Position numbers and translations under genes: made by a program
Shown here: in pieces, positions 7,895 through 17,428 of the stretch
Position numbering within the stretch: position 1 is the first letter of the stretch
How the letters are laid out: each line of letters starts with the position of its first letter
Notes under the pieces: model-generated
Database searches by the model: none
What the model was told of the DNA's origin: nothing
Seen by the model: the letters and a program-made list of their open reading frames with translations, nothing else
Assembly (NCBI GenBank): GCA_965652365.1
Contig: CBFGUD010000005.1
Span: forward strand, 22,136 to 86,135
Origin: an uncultured Phycisphaerales bacterium
Lineage (GTDB): Bacteria; Planctomycetota; Phycisphaerae; Phycisphaerales; UBA1924
Length of the DNA stretch: 64,000 nucleotides
Direction of reading: 5' to 3'

Positions 7895-10081
7895 TCAGGC
7901 CGCCCCGATCGGGGCGCTGGCGCGCTTGGGGTTTTTCATCGCGGGTTCGGGGGACTCGTCGATGGGCGCGACGAGCCCGACGGATTCGACGTTGATCCCC
8001 GAGACGATCTCGTTGTACCCGAGGACGGCGACGGCGGGGATGTGGGGTTCGAGGATCTGGAAGACGGCGCCGCGGACCTGGGGTGAGGCGATGACGACGG
8101 GGAGGCGTCCGTGCGCGGTGACGTTCTGGAGCGATGCGGCGCACTGGGTCGCGACGCGTTTGGCGATGCGCGCGGGGATGTTGAGGACGGTCCCGGCGGC
8201 GCCTCGGTCGATGTAGGCGCTGATCTGATCCTCGAGCGCGGGGTCGAGGGTGACGCAGACGAGGGAGAGCTCGCCGCGGTCGTTGTGATCTGAATAGAGC
8301 GAGCAGATGGTGCGGCGGAGCGCGTTGCGCGCGTACTCGACGAGGACGTCGGTGTCCTTGGTCTTGGTGCCCCAGTCGGCGAGGGTTTCGAGGATGGTCT
8401 CGATGTCGCGGATGGGGACGCGTTCGCGGAGGAGGGCCTGGAGGACCTTCTGGAGATCCCCGGTCTTGATGACCGTCGGGACCGTGTCCTCGACGAGCTT
8501 GGATGCTTTTTCCTTGAGCCCTTCGAGGAGGTTGTTGACCTCTTCGCGCGTGAGGAGTTCGTCGGCGTAGGTCTTGACGACCTCGGTGATGTGGGTCGCG
8601 ACGACGCTGGTGGGGTCGACGACGGTGTAGTTCATGGATTCGGCGCGGGATCGCTGGGCGCGGTCGATCCACCATGCCTGGAGCCCGAAGGCGGGCTCGG
8701 TGGTGGGTGTGCCCTCGAGGGTGCCGGTCGCGAGCCCCGAGTCCATCGCGAGGAGCCGCCCTGGTTCGGAGTGGCCCTTGGCGACGGGGTTGCCGCGGAT
8801 CTTGATGCGGTACTCGCTGGGGGGGAGCTGCATGTTGTCGCGGATGCGGACGGGGGGCATGACGAGCCCGAGCTCGACGGCGAGCTGACGGCGGACGGCG
8901 CTGATGCGGTCGAGGAGGTCGCCGCCCTGGTGGGTGTCGATGAGTGGGACGAGCCCGTACCCGACCTCGAGCTCGAGGACGTCGACCTTGAGGAGGTCCT
9001 CGACCTGGGGTTCGGGCTGGGGCGCGGCGCGGGCTTCGTCCTCGGCTTCCATCCGGGCGCGTGTTTGCTCGTCGCGCGCGGCGCGGAGCATGATCCAGGA
9101 GAGCGCGCCGAGCCCGATGGAGGTCGCGAGGAGGGGGATCGTGGGGAGGGGGGTGAAGGCGAGGATCGCGAGGAACCCTGCGGTGATGACGAGCCCCTTG
9201 GGCTGCTGGACGAGCTGGGTGGTGATGGTGGTGCCGAGGTTGTCTTTGTCCCCGGACCTTGTGACGATGAGGGCGGCGGCGAGGGAGATGATGAAGGAGG
9301 GGACCTGGGAGGTGAGCCCGTCGCCGATGGTGAGCTTGGTGAAGATTTCGGCGGACTGCCCGGCGGGCCAGCCCTTGTCGATGGTCCCGACGGCGAAGCC
9401 GCCGGCGATGTTGATGAGGGTGATGATGATGCCCGCGATGGCGTCGCCCTTGACGAACTTGGAGGCGCCGTCCATGGCGCCGTAGAAGTCCGCTTCGCGT
9501 GCGATCTCGTCGCGCCGCTCACGGGCCTGGTGCTCGGTGATCATGCCGTTGGAGAGCTCGGCGTCGATGGCCATCTGCTTTCCGGGCATGGCGTCGAGGG
9601 TGAATCGGGCGGCGACTTCCGCGATGCGCCCCGCGCCCTTGGTGACGACCATGAACTGCACGACCATGAGGATCGCGAAGATGATGACCCCGACGAAGAG
9701 CGAGTCTCCGGCGACGAAGGTGCCGAAGGCGCTGATGACCTTGCCCGCGACCCCGATCGCTTCCTCGGGGGTCGCGGCGTCGGCGGTGAGGATGAGGCGC
9801 GTGGACGCGACGTTGAGCACGAGCCGGAACATGGTCGTCGCGAGGAGCAGCGAGGGGAACACGCTGAACTCGAGCGAGCGGTTCATGTAGATCGTCGTGA
9901 GCAGGATGATGACGCCCAGGGAGATGTTGAAGGCGATGAGGATGTCGAGCATCGCCGGGGGGAGGGGGATGATCAGCACGCTCAGGAGCATGACGAACCC
10001 GATCGGGACGATCAGCGATCGGTGCGCGGCGATCCGGTGGAGCCACTGGGGGAGCTGGGATGGAGCGGGTTGCTCGGCCAT
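7895..10081 (-). CDS. flhA: flagellar type III export gate protein
   Basis: 728 aa with an N-terminal polytopic membrane domain, a linker and a cytoplasmic domain, colinear with the FlhA family (..KFVKGDAIAGIIITLINIAGG..). Confidence 0.95.
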   Translation of the reverse strand: MAEQPAPSQLPQWLHRIAAHRSLIVPIGFVMLLSVLIIPLPPAMLDILIAFNISLGVIILLTTIYMNRSLEFSVFPSLLLATTMFRLVLNVASTRLILTADAATPEEAIGVAGKVISAFGTFVAGDSLFVGVIIFAILMVVQFMVVTKGAGRIAEVAARFTLDAMPGKQMAIDAELSNGMITEHQARERRDEIAREADFYGAMDGASKFVKGDAIAGIIITLINIAGGFAVGTIDKGWPAGQSAEIFTKLTIGDGLTSQVPSFIISLAAALIVTRSGDKDNLGTTITTQLVQQPKGLVITAGFLAILAFTPLPTIPLLATSIGLGALSWIMLRAARDEQTRARMEAEDEARAAPQPEPQVEDLLKVDVLELEVGYGLVPLIDTHQGGDLLDRISAVRRQLAVELGLVMPPVRIRDNMQLPPSEYRIKIRGNPVAKGHSEPGRLLAMDSGLATGTLEGTPTTEPAFGLQAWWIDRAQRSRAESMNYTVVDPTSVVATHITEVVKTYADELLTREEVNNLLEGLKEKASKLVEDTVPTVIKTGDLQKVLQALLRERVPIRDIETILETLADWGTKTKDTDVLVEYARNALRRTICSLYSDHNDRGELSLVCVTLDPALEDQISAYIDRGAAGTVLNIPARIAKRVATQCAASLQNVTAHGRLPVVIASPQVRGAVFQILEPHIPAVAVLGYNEIVSGINVESVGLVAPIDESPEPAMKNPKRASAPIGAA

Positions 10082-10092
10082 GGTCTACGGGG

Positions 10093-11196
10093 TTATGCGC
10101 CGGCGGCGCTGGTCTCCAGTTCGCGGGTCTGTCGTTCGAGGGTGCCTTCCATGCGGTAGACGTACGCGAGGATCTCCGCGACCGCTTCGTAGTGCTCGGC
10201 GCTGATCTCCTGCCCGACGTCGACGCCCCAGTACAGCGCCCGCGCGAGGGGCGGGCGTTCGATGATGGGGACCTTGTGGGTCCGGGCGAGCTGTCGGATG
10301 CGCAGCGCGATGAGGTCCGCGCCCTTGGCGGTGACCTTGGGCGCGTTCATGTGGTCCTTGTCGTACCTGATCGCGACGGAGAAGTGGGTCGGGTTGGTGA
10401 CGATGACGTCCGCCTGTGGGACGCTCGCGCCGAGCTGCTGCATGACGATCTCGCGCGCCATCTGGAGTCGGCGTCCCTTGAGCTGGGGGTCGCCCTCCAT
10501 GGTCTTGCGTTCGTCCTTGACCTGCTGCTTGGTCATCTTGTTGTCCTCGTTGTGCTGCCATCGCTGGTAGAGGACGTCGAAGACGGCGAGCGCGAGGAGC
10601 ACGACGATGAGGATGAACGCGATGATGAGGACGAGGCGCAGGACCGCGATGGCGGCGGCGGCCGCGGTGAGCTTGGGGAGGGTCGCGACGGTGTCGATCT
10701 GGGCGCGGATGACGAGGATGGAGACGATCGTGAGGAGGACGAGCTTGAGGGTGTTGATGACGGCCTTGACGAGCCCGCGTTTGCCGTAGATGCGTTTGAA
10801 GCCCTTGAGCGGGTTGATCCGGCTGAGCTGGGGCTTGATGGGCTCGGGGGTGACGAGCCACCCGACCTGGACGAACTGGGAGAGGTACGCGATGAGCGCG
10901 GTGACGAGGAGCACGGGGAGCATGACGCGCCCCATGTCGTAGAAGGAGACGTACGCGCCGACGCGCATGGAGTCGAGGGTGATGGGGTCGGCGCTGAGCC
11001 CGTGCCCGAGGGTGCGCTGCATGAGCGACATGAACATGGACCCGATCATGGGCGCGAGGACGATGAGGGCGCTGACGCACCCGAGCATGAGCAGCGCGCC
11101 CGAGAGGTCCTGGGACTTGGGGACCTGGCCCTTCTTGCGCGCTTCCTCGAGGCGTTTGGGGGTGGGCGCTTCGGTGCGTTCGCCGAGGTCATCCAT
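10093..11196 (-). CDS. flhB: flagellar export switch protein
   Basis: N-terminus GERTEAPTPKRLEEARKKGQVPKSQDL. NPTH autocleavage motif (VIVTNPTHFSVAI). Confidence 0.95.
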   Translation of the reverse strand: MDDLGERTEAPTPKRLEEARKKGQVPKSQDLSGALLMLGCVSALIVLAPMIGSMFMSLMQRTLGHGLSADPITLDSMRVGAYVSFYDMGRVMLPVLLVTALIAYLSQFVQVGWLVTPEPIKPQLSRINPLKGFKRIYGKRGLVKAVINTLKLVLLTIVSILVIRAQIDTVATLPKLTAAAAAIAVLRLVLIIAFILIVVLLALAVFDVLYQRWQHNEDNKMTKQQVKDERKTMEGDPQLKGRRLQMAREIVMQQLGASVPQADVIVTNPTHFSVAIRYDKDHMNAPKVTAKGADLIALRIRQLARTHKVPIIERPPLARALYWGVDVGQEISAEHYEAVAEILAYVYRMEGTLERQTRELETSAAGA

Positions 11197-12004
11197 GGGG
11201 ACCCCCCGCCGGCTTCGGCGCTGCTGGCGCGAGGTTTCGGACCCAGTCGGTGAGGCCGCGCATGACCCAGTCGATCTCGTCCATCGCGACGTCCGCGATG
11301 ACGTTGAGCATGAGCACGAGGATGAGCAGCCCCACCATGATCTGGATCGCGAAGCCGATGCTCATGATGTTGATCTGGGGCATGGTTTTCATGACGAGCC
11401 CCATCGCGACCTGGGTCATGGAGACGGCGGCGAGGATCGGGGCGGAGATTCGGATCGCCATCTCGAACCCGGAGGAGAGGACGGCGACGAAGAAATCGAG
11501 GGGGATGTCGGTGGTGGTGAACAGCCCGATGGGCGCGGTGCGGAGGGACTCGGCGAGGGTGAGGTAGAGGATGTCGAGCCCCCCCGCCGCGATGAAGAGC
11601 ATCGCGCCCATGAAGTAGAGGAGCTGCCCGACGACGGATCCCGAGGTGTCGAGCTCGGGGTTGAAGGACTCGGCGAGCGAGAGCCCGATCTGGTAGCCCA
11701 TGATGTACCCGCCCATCTGCATCGCGTAGAGGGGGATCGCGGCGACGAGCCCGATCACGACCCCGACGAGGAGCTCGGCGAAGAGGAGCGGGACGAGCTG
11801 GACGGCGTCGATCGAGGCGTTCGGGGGGATCGCGGGGATGAAGGGGTAGAGCGCGATCCCGAAGGCGAACGCGAGGAGCGCCTTGAACATGGTGGGGATG
11901 GTCGTCGAGCTGAGGATGGGCGTGAAGACGAACAGACCCGTGAGGCGCGCGACGACGAGCATCAGGGGGAGCACGTGGGGGAGGATGGGCTCGAGGTTGG
12001 GCAT
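11189..12004 (-). CDS. fliR: flagellar export apparatus protein
   Basis: Polytopic membrane protein following fliQ. ATG at 12004 lies 2 nt after the fliQ stop; the listed start at 12061 would overlap fliQ. Confidence 0.85.
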   Translation of the reverse strand: MPNLEPILPHVLPLMLVVARLTGLFVFTPILSSTTIPTMFKALLAFAFGIALYPFIPAIPPNASIDAVQLVPLLFAELLVGVVIGLVAAIPLYAMQMGGYIMGYQIGLSLAESFNPELDTSGSVVGQLLYFMGAMLFIAAGGLDILYLTLAESLRTAPIGLFTTTDIPLDFFVAVLSSGFEMAIRISAPILAAVSMTQVAMGLVMKTMPQINIMSIGFAIQIMVGLLILVLMLNVIADVAMDEIDWVMRGLTDWVRNLAPAAPKPAGGPHG

Positions 12005-12006
12005 GG

Positions 12007-12261
12007 TCAGAAGAGCTGCATCATCTCGACGGCGAACTGGCCGATCGTCGCGACGATCCACGGGAGCAGGAGGATCGCGGCGACGATGATCGCGAGGATC
12101 TTGGGGACGAACGTGAGGGTCTGGTCCTGGATGGAGGTCACGCTCTGGAACAGCGAGATGATCAGACCCAGGATCATCCCGATGAGCAGAAGGGGCGCGG
12201 CGATCATCAGCACGACGATGAGCGCCTGACGCACGACGTCCATGACCGCGTCATCGAGCAT
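12007..12261 (-). CDS. fliQ: flagellar export apparatus protein
   Basis: 84 aa with two TM helices. ..MIAAPLLLIGMILGLIISLFQSVTSIQDQTLTFVPKI.. is the FliQ signature. Confidence 0.9.
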   Translation of the reverse strand: MLDDAVMDVVRQALIVVLMIAAPLLLIGMILGLIISLFQSVTSIQDQTLTFVPKILAIIVAAILLLPWIVATIGQFAVEMMQLF

Positions 12262-13279
12262 CGCGCGATCCTCTCCCGATGAGTCGCGCGATCGGCGATC
12301 GTCGCTCGTAGACGACGCCCCCCCGCGCGTCGCGGGCGCGGAGCCGGGCGATGAGGACGAGGGGGAGCAGGAGCATCCCCTCCTGCGCGCTCAGGTCGGG
12401 CGACGCGCCGTCGAGGACGAAGGACTCGAGGAGCGACCCGACGACGAGCGTCCACCCGTCGACGAGGACGAAGAGCATGAGCTTGAAGGGCAGCGAGATC
12501 AGGACGGGCGGGAGCATCATCATGCTCATGGAGATCAGGAGCGACGCGATGACCATGTCGATGACGAGGAAGGGGAGGTAGACGCGGAAGCCCATGAGGA
12601 ACGCGACCTTGAGCTCGCTGAGCATGTACGCGGGGACGAGGGTGGTCGTGGAGACGTCGGCGCGGGTGAGGTTCTGGGGCTCGGAGATATCGACGCCCTG
12701 GTAGTCGAGGATCATGTAGAGCGAGGACCAGTTGTCGGTCGCTTCGATCTGGTCGAACATGAAGTCGCGCACCGGGGAGGAGGCGCGGGTCCAGAGCTCG
12801 TCCAGATCGCGCACCTCGCCGGCTTGGTACGGGACGACGGCCTGCTCCCACACCCGGTCGATGGTGGGCTTCATGACCATCGCGGTCATGAAGAGCGCGA
12901 GCGCGGTGATGACCTGCCCGGGAGGGAGCGACTGCGTGCCCAGCGCCTGGCGCAGGAGCGCGAGGATGATCATGATGCGCACGAACGACGTGGTCATGAG
13001 CATGATCGAGGGCACGAGCGCCACGACCGTGAGCAGGAGCATGATGTTGAGCGCGACGGAGAGCCCGGAGCGGGGCGGGCCGCTCTGTGTGGCGGCGCCG
13101 CGGTTCATCGCGTCCCCGGCGCTCTGGAGCGCGACGAGGGGGTTCATGGAGGAGATATCGCGCGCGCTCGCGGAGGTCGGCGACGGCGCGGGGGTGGCCG
13201 ACGGGGCCGCCGGGCCCATCTGGGCGCGGGCGCCCGACGTGAGGAGGGTGATCGCGATGAGGACGAGGGCGCGGATCAC
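12251..13279 (-). CDS. fliP: flagellar export apparatus protein
   Basis: ..VPSIMLMTTSFVRIMIILALLRQALGTQSLPPGQVITALALFMT.. is the FliP core. Long signal/Pro-rich N-terminus. GTG start overlaps the fliO stop (GTGA). Confidence 0.95.
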   Translation of the reverse strand: MIRALVLIAITLLTSGARAQMGPAAPSATPAPSPTSASARDISSMNPLVALQSAGDAMNRGAATQSGPPRSGLSVALNIMLLLTVVALVPSIMLMTTSFVRIMIILALLRQALGTQSLPPGQVITALALFMTAMVMKPTIDRVWEQAVVPYQAGEVRDLDELWTRASSPVRDFMFDQIEATDNWSSLYMILDYQGVDISEPQNLTRADVSTTTLVPAYMLSELKVAFLMGFRVYLPFLVIDMVIASLLISMSMMMLPPVLISLPFKLMLFVLVDGWTLVVGSLLESFVLDGASPDLSAQEGMLLLPLVLIARLRARDARGGVVYERRSPIARLIGRGSRDAR

Positions 13280-14214
13280 GCGTGTCCCCCGGGGTTGCGG
13301 CGCATCGCGCCCAGGCGGCGCTTGAGGACCTCGCCCGCGGCGGGCGCGTCGAAGGCGCCCGTGAGCTCGGCGCGGTCGCCCTCGTCGTTGGTCATGACGG
13401 CGCTGGGCGCGCGGCGCACGCTCTGCACGTGGACGCCGGGCGCGGGGCTCGAGCGCTGGGCGCTCAGGAGCTCGCGCTGGATCTCCTGGTCGGTGGTCTC
13501 CCCGAGCTGGCGGAGGGTGCGCTCGAACTGCCTGGCGTGCGAGCTCGGGCTTGCGCTCTGGACCTTGCGGACGACGGACGCGACGTCCTCGGGGTCGGTG
13601 AGCTCGGTGAGGGTGCGCATGGACCCGGAGGAGGACCGGCGCCCGCGCGAGCCGTGGGCGTGCTCGAGGAGGAGGATGCGTCGATCGAAGCGCATGACGA
13701 CGAGGGTGAGTTTGGGCGCGATGGGGTATCGCCCGAGGATCTCGACGAGCCCGGAGGGGGCTTCTCCGCCCGCGCCGAGCTTGGCGGTGAGCGAGCCGCT
13801 GGACTTGGCGACGCGCTTGGCGAGGTGCGCGAGCGCGAAGATGACGAAGAGGACCCCCGCGAGGGAGAGGATCGTGCGGGTCATGCCCGAGGGGATCGCG
13901 GAACGCTCGGTCGTGTCCGCGCTGCTCGCGAGGGGCTGGGTGCGTTCGCGGGGCGCGCCGAGCGGGCGCGAGGCGTTCGTGTCGATCGGCGTGGATGCTC
14001 GCGGGGCCCGCTCGACGGTCGCGGGGACGGGCTCGGGGTTCGGCGTGGTTTGCGTGGGCGCGGGGGTCGGCTCGGGGTACGGGCCGAGCGGCGCGGCGAT
14101 CGCGGCGCCGGTGATGAGCAGGGTGATCGGGAGGATCAGCGGTAGTGTCGCGCTCGCTCGCATGTCGTCGCCGTCCTGGCTTGGTCCACGAGCGGGTCCC
14201 CCGCTCTCGTTCAC
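13276..14214 (-). CDS. fliO: FliO-like flagellar export protein (start uncertain)
   Basis: Lies between fliN and fliP. Single TM ILSLAGVLFVIFALAHLA followed by LVEILGRYPIAPKLTLVVMRFDRRILLLE (FliO-type). Long Pro-rich N-terminal extension; alternative ATG at 14163. Confidence 0.6.
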   Translation of the reverse strand: MNESGGPARGPSQDGDDMRASATLPLILPITLLITGAAIAAPLGPYPEPTPAPTQTTPNPEPVPATVERAPRASTPIDTNASRPLGAPRERTQPLASSADTTERSAIPSGMTRTILSLAGVLFVIFALAHLAKRVAKSSGSLTAKLGAGGEAPSGLVEILGRYPIAPKLTLVVMRFDRRILLLEHAHGSRGRRSSSGSMRTLTELTDPEDVASVVRKVQSASPSSHARQFERTLRQLGETTDQEIQRELLSAQRSSPAPGVHVQSVRRAPSAVMTNDEGDRAELTGAFDAPAAGEVLKRRLGAMRRNPGGHA

Positions 14215-14226
14215 GGATGGGTCGCG

Positions 14227-14826
14227 TTATTTCTCTCGGAGGTCGAGGATCTCGCTGATGCGCACGCAGAAGTTGTCGTTGAGGACGAGGACCTCGCCCC
14301 GCGCGACCTTGCGGTCGTTGACGTAGACATCCACCGGGTCGCCGGCGAGTTTGTCGAGCTCGACGACGGCGCCGTCCCCGAGACTCAGCACGTCCTCGAC
14401 GTACATTTTGGTGCGTCCGAGCTCGATGCGGACGTTCATGTGGACGTCCGCGATGAGGTCCATGTCGCGGTTCACCCCGCCGGGCGCGGAATCGGGGAAC
14501 TCGGGGGGATCGAAGCCCACGGCGTTGTCGGCGTTCGGCGCCGGCGCGGGCTTGGCGGGGTCATTGGGGGTGGCGGCGGCGTTGATCGCGCCCATCGCGG
14601 AGGAGAGGGCGGCCGCCTCTTCCTCGGAGATGTCCTCACCGGATTCCTCGGCCTGCTGGGCGGCGGAACCGGCGATCTGCTCGGCGCTCTCGACGGCGGC
14701 GAGGGGATCGCTCGGGTCCGGGTCGCTCGGGGACTCGGGCTCCGCGGGCTGTGGATCCGCGGGGGCGGATTCGTCCTCGGGGGCGCCGTCGGCGTCGATG
14801 GGGGTGTTGTCGGGTTCGTCGGCCAT
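14227..14826 (-). CDS. fliN: flagellar motor switch protein FliN with long acidic N-terminal extension
   Basis: C-terminal SpoA domain (VRIELGRTKMYVEDVLSLGDGAVVELDKLAGDPVDVYVNDRKVARGEVLVLNDNFCVRISEI). ATG at 14826 preceded by GGAG. Confidence 0.9.
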   Translation of the reverse strand: MADEPDNTPIDADGAPEDESAPADPQPAEPESPSDPDPSDPLAAVESAEQIAGSAAQQAEESGEDISEEEAAALSSAMGAINAAATPNDPAKPAPAPNADNAVGFDPPEFPDSAPGGVNRDMDLIADVHMNVRIELGRTKMYVEDVLSLGDGAVVELDKLAGDPVDVYVNDRKVARGEVLVLNDNFCVRISEILDLREK

Positions 14827-14905
14827 GCTCTGCTCCCGGGCTCCGCCCGCGCAAGGACCCACGGCGCACTCCGCGCCGTCTCAGATCCGTGATATCGGAC
14901 GGAGC

Positions 14906-14920
14906 GCACGGATCGCGCCA
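14906..14920 (-). promoter_or_regulatory. weak sigma-54-like -24/-12 element upstream of fliN
   Basis: Minus strand reads TGGCGC-gatcc-GTGC (consensus TGGCAC-N5-TTGC), in the 118-nt fliL-fliN gap. Confidence 0.25.
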
Positions 14921-14980
14921 GTTTGTTGCGCACGGGGCGCAGATTCTGCGTGTGGGGCTCGGCGGAGGGGTGCGGGGCGG

Positions 14981-15499
14981 TCAGGCGTCGGCGCGGAAAC
15001 CCTTGCATTCGGGGATGATGACGCGATCGACGCGCGGGATCCCGTCGGGGTCGGTCCCGAAGACCTCGTTGATGTAGGTGGTGAGCTGTCGGGTGATGGT
15101 CTCGAGCCCGGGCTCGCGGAGGTGGCGGTCGTGGGCCCGGCGGAAGATCATCGCGATCCCCTCGGTGATGGTGGCCGCGTCGCGTTCCTTGATCCGGTCG
15201 ATGTGGACGACGTTTTTCTGTTTGGCGCGGAGGACGATCTTGACGCGCCATTCCCAGACGTGGCCGGTGGACATGTTCTGGAACCGGTCCTCGATGAGGT
15301 CGACCTCGACGGGCGCGTCCTCGCCCGTGCCCTCGAGGAGCGCGAGCTGTGACGCGTCGGCGGCGGAGGGCCCGCCCATGGTGGAGACGAGGAACGCGAC
15401 GGCGCCGCCTTCGAGGATCATGATGAGCGCGACGGTGGCGATGAGCTTGAATCCGCCGCTCTTCTTTGGCGTTTGGTCGGTTGCGTTGTCGTCGGCCAT
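14981..15499 (-). CDS. fliL: flagellar basal-body-associated protein
   Basis: 172 aa. N-terminal single TM (FKLIATVALIMILEGGAVAFLV). Position after motB. C-terminal ..REPGLETITRQLTTYINEVFG.. is FliL-like. Confidence 0.8.
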   Translation of the reverse strand: MADDNATDQTPKKSGGFKLIATVALIMILEGGAVAFLVSTMGGPSAADASQLALLEGTGEDAPVEVDLIEDRFQNMSTGHVWEWRVKIVLRAKQKNVVHIDRIKERDAATITEGIAMIFRRAHDRHLREPGLETITRQLTTYINEVFGTDPDGIPRVDRVIIPECKGFRADA

Positions 15500-15519
15500 G
15501 GGTCGGTCCCTCGGTTGGG

Positions 15520-16266
15520 TCAGTCGGCGCCGGTGAAGTTCGGGTCCGGGTGGACCTGGTCGATGGTGCGTCCGGTCTGGTACACCTGAACTCGGCGGTT
15601 CGAGACCCCGACTTGTCCGGACCCCTGGTCGAGGGACATGGGTTCGGTGTTCGAAGCCGATTCAACCCGCAAGATCGCGGGGTCGACGGCGCATTCTCGG
15701 ACCAGGTATTCCTTGACGGCCAGGGCGCGTTTGTACGCGAGCTCGTCGTACCCGAGCCCGGAGCGTTTCTCCTCGAGACCCCAGGCGTGCCCGACGATGG
15801 GGCAGATGTAGTTGAGCCCGCGGATCTTGGGCGCGATCGCGTCGCGGATCATGTCCTTGGCGGCCTTGGTGAGTTCGTACCCCCCCACCTCGAACTCGAT
15901 GGACCCCCCGATCGCGTGGCGCGCGCCCTCCTGGACGATCGAGACCATGGTCTCTCGTCCCTTGATGTTGGGATCCGTGTTCTCGTTGGTGGATCGTTTG
16001 TCGTCGTCGCGACGGGCGCGTTCCTCCATGAACGAGACCATGGAGTTGTCGGTGGATTCGAGGAGGCGCGCGAGCCCGAGCCCGCCCTCGACCCCGAGGG
16101 ATTCCTTGATCGCGTCGATGACCTTCTTGTACTCGCGCGGCTTCTTGATCTCGGAGAACGAGACGAGGAGCACGAAGAAGCAGAGGAGCAGCGACATGAG
16201 GTCGCCGAAGGTGACGACCCACTCGGGGACCTCCGCCTTGGGCGGATCTTTTTTCTTCTTGCCCAT
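15520..16266 (-). CDS. motB: flagellar stator protein
   Basis: N-terminus WVVTFGDLMSLLLCFFVLLVSFS carries the stator Asp in the plug/TM region. C-terminal OmpA-like peptidoglycan-binding domain. Confidence 0.9.
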   Translation of the reverse strand: MGKKKKDPPKAEVPEWVVTFGDLMSLLLCFFVLLVSFSEIKKPREYKKVIDAIKESLGVEGGLGLARLLESTDNSMVSFMEERARRDDDKRSTNENTDPNIKGRETMVSIVQEGARHAIGGSIEFEVGGYELTKAAKDMIRDAIAPKIRGLNYICPIVGHAWGLEEKRSGLGYDELAYKRALAVKEYLVRECAVDPAILRVESASNTEPMSLDQGSGQVGVSNRRVQVYQTGRTIDQVHPDPNFTGAD

Positions 16267-16277
16267 CGTGACCCCCT

Positions 16278-17060
16278 TTACGCGGCCTGCGCGTCGTCCC
16301 CGAAGCCGGCGCGGGCGGCGGGCGGGAGGTAGGTCAGGAGCTTGCTCTCGACCACGCGGGGGTTGTCCCCGGACTGGATCGCCATAACCCCGGCGATGAC
16401 GATCGTCTTGAGCATCACCTCTTCCTGGTCCTTGGCGTAGAGCTTGTCCCCGATCGGTCCGGCGAACGCGTTGGCGATGACCGCGCCGTAGAGGGTGGTG
16501 ATGAGCGCGACGGCCATGGACGGGCCGATGGTGCTCGGGTCATCCATCGAGCCGAGCATGAAGATCAGGCCCATGAGGGTCCCGATCATCCCGAACGCGG
16601 GCGCGTACTTCCCGAACTGATCGAGGACCATCTTGCCCTGCATGTGGCGTTCCATGAGGGACTCGAGCTCGGTCTCCATGATCTCGCGGATGAGCTCGGG
16701 GTCGGTGCCGTCGACGGCCATCTTGATCCCGCGGACGATGAACTCGTCCTTCATGTCGTGGATGTGGTTCTCGAGGGAGAGGATGCCTTCGCGGCGGGCG
16801 ATCTCGGCGTACTTGACGATGTCGCGGATGGTCTCGGCGGGGTCCGCGGTCGCGCCGAAGACCGCTTTCATGACGAGCTTGGGGAGCCCGATGGATTTGG
16901 CGAGGGGGAAGGCGCAGACGACGGCGCCGGCGGTGCCGCCGAACACGACGACGATCGACGGGATGTTGATGAGCGCGAGCGGGTTCCCCCCGCCCAGCAC
17001 GATCGCGAGCATCACGGAAACGAACGCGATAGCGAGTCCACCAACAGTCGCGAGATCCAC
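16278..17060 (-). CDS. motA: flagellar stator protein
   Basis: Four-TM MotA/TolQ/ExbB-type protein (..APAFGMIGTLMGLIFMLG..ALITTLYGAVIANAF..). GTG at 17060 lies 7 nt after GGAGG; the listed ORF begins 18 nt upstream. Confidence 0.9.
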   Translation of the reverse strand: MDLATVGGLAIAFVSVMLAIVLGGGNPLALINIPSIVVVFGGTAGAVVCAFPLAKSIGLPKLVMKAVFGATADPAETIRDIVKYAEIARREGILSLENHIHDMKDEFIVRGIKMAVDGTDPELIREIMETELESLMERHMQGKMVLDQFGKYAPAFGMIGTLMGLIFMLGSMDDPSTIGPSMAVALITTLYGAVIANAFAGPIGDKLYAKDQEEVMLKTIVIAGVMAIQSGDNPRVVESKLLTYLPPAARAGFGDDAQAA

Positions 17061-17102
17061 CGTGACACCTCCACGCACCCCGTCCGTGGGGCGCTGGAAG
17101 GT

Positions 17103-17130
17103 CTATCGGAGCGGATTTCGGGCGTCTTGA
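17103..17130 (-). promoter_or_regulatory. sigma-28-type promoter candidate upstream of motA-motB-fliL
   Basis: Minus strand reads TCAA(17130-17127)-N16-TCCGATAG(17110-17103), in the 117-nt flbD-motA gap (99 nt if motA uses the listed ORF start at 17078). Confidence 0.55.
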
Positions 17131-17177
17131 CCGGATCCGCCCGGATCCAAGAAGGCGGTGCAGATCGTTTCGGGCGT

Positions 17178-17375
17178 TCAGGTCGGCGGGGTGAGTCGGC
17201 GGAGGTGCCTGCCGTACTCGATGACGCGCTCGATGATGGTCTCCATGGACTCCTTCACGACCATGTGCTCCCCCGAAACGAGGGTGATGATGGTGTCCGG
17301 GTTCTGCTCGATGGTCCGGATCAGCTCCGCGTTGATCACGAAGGGACGATCGTTGAGTCTCGTGACACGGATCAT
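17178..17375 (-). CDS. flbD: flagellar protein FlbD
   Basis: 65 aa. MIRVTRLNDRPFVINAELIRTIEQNPDTIITLVSGEHMVVKES matches the FlbD family. Lies between flgE and motA as in Bacillus and Borrelia. Confidence 0.85.
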   Translation of the reverse strand: MIRVTRLNDRPFVINAELIRTIEQNPDTIITLVSGEHMVVKESMETIIERVIEYGRHLRRLTPPT

Positions 17376-17428
17376 GGCGCGCTCCGTCGCTCGATCTTCT
17401 CGGACCCGCGCTTCGGGGCCCTGATGGG

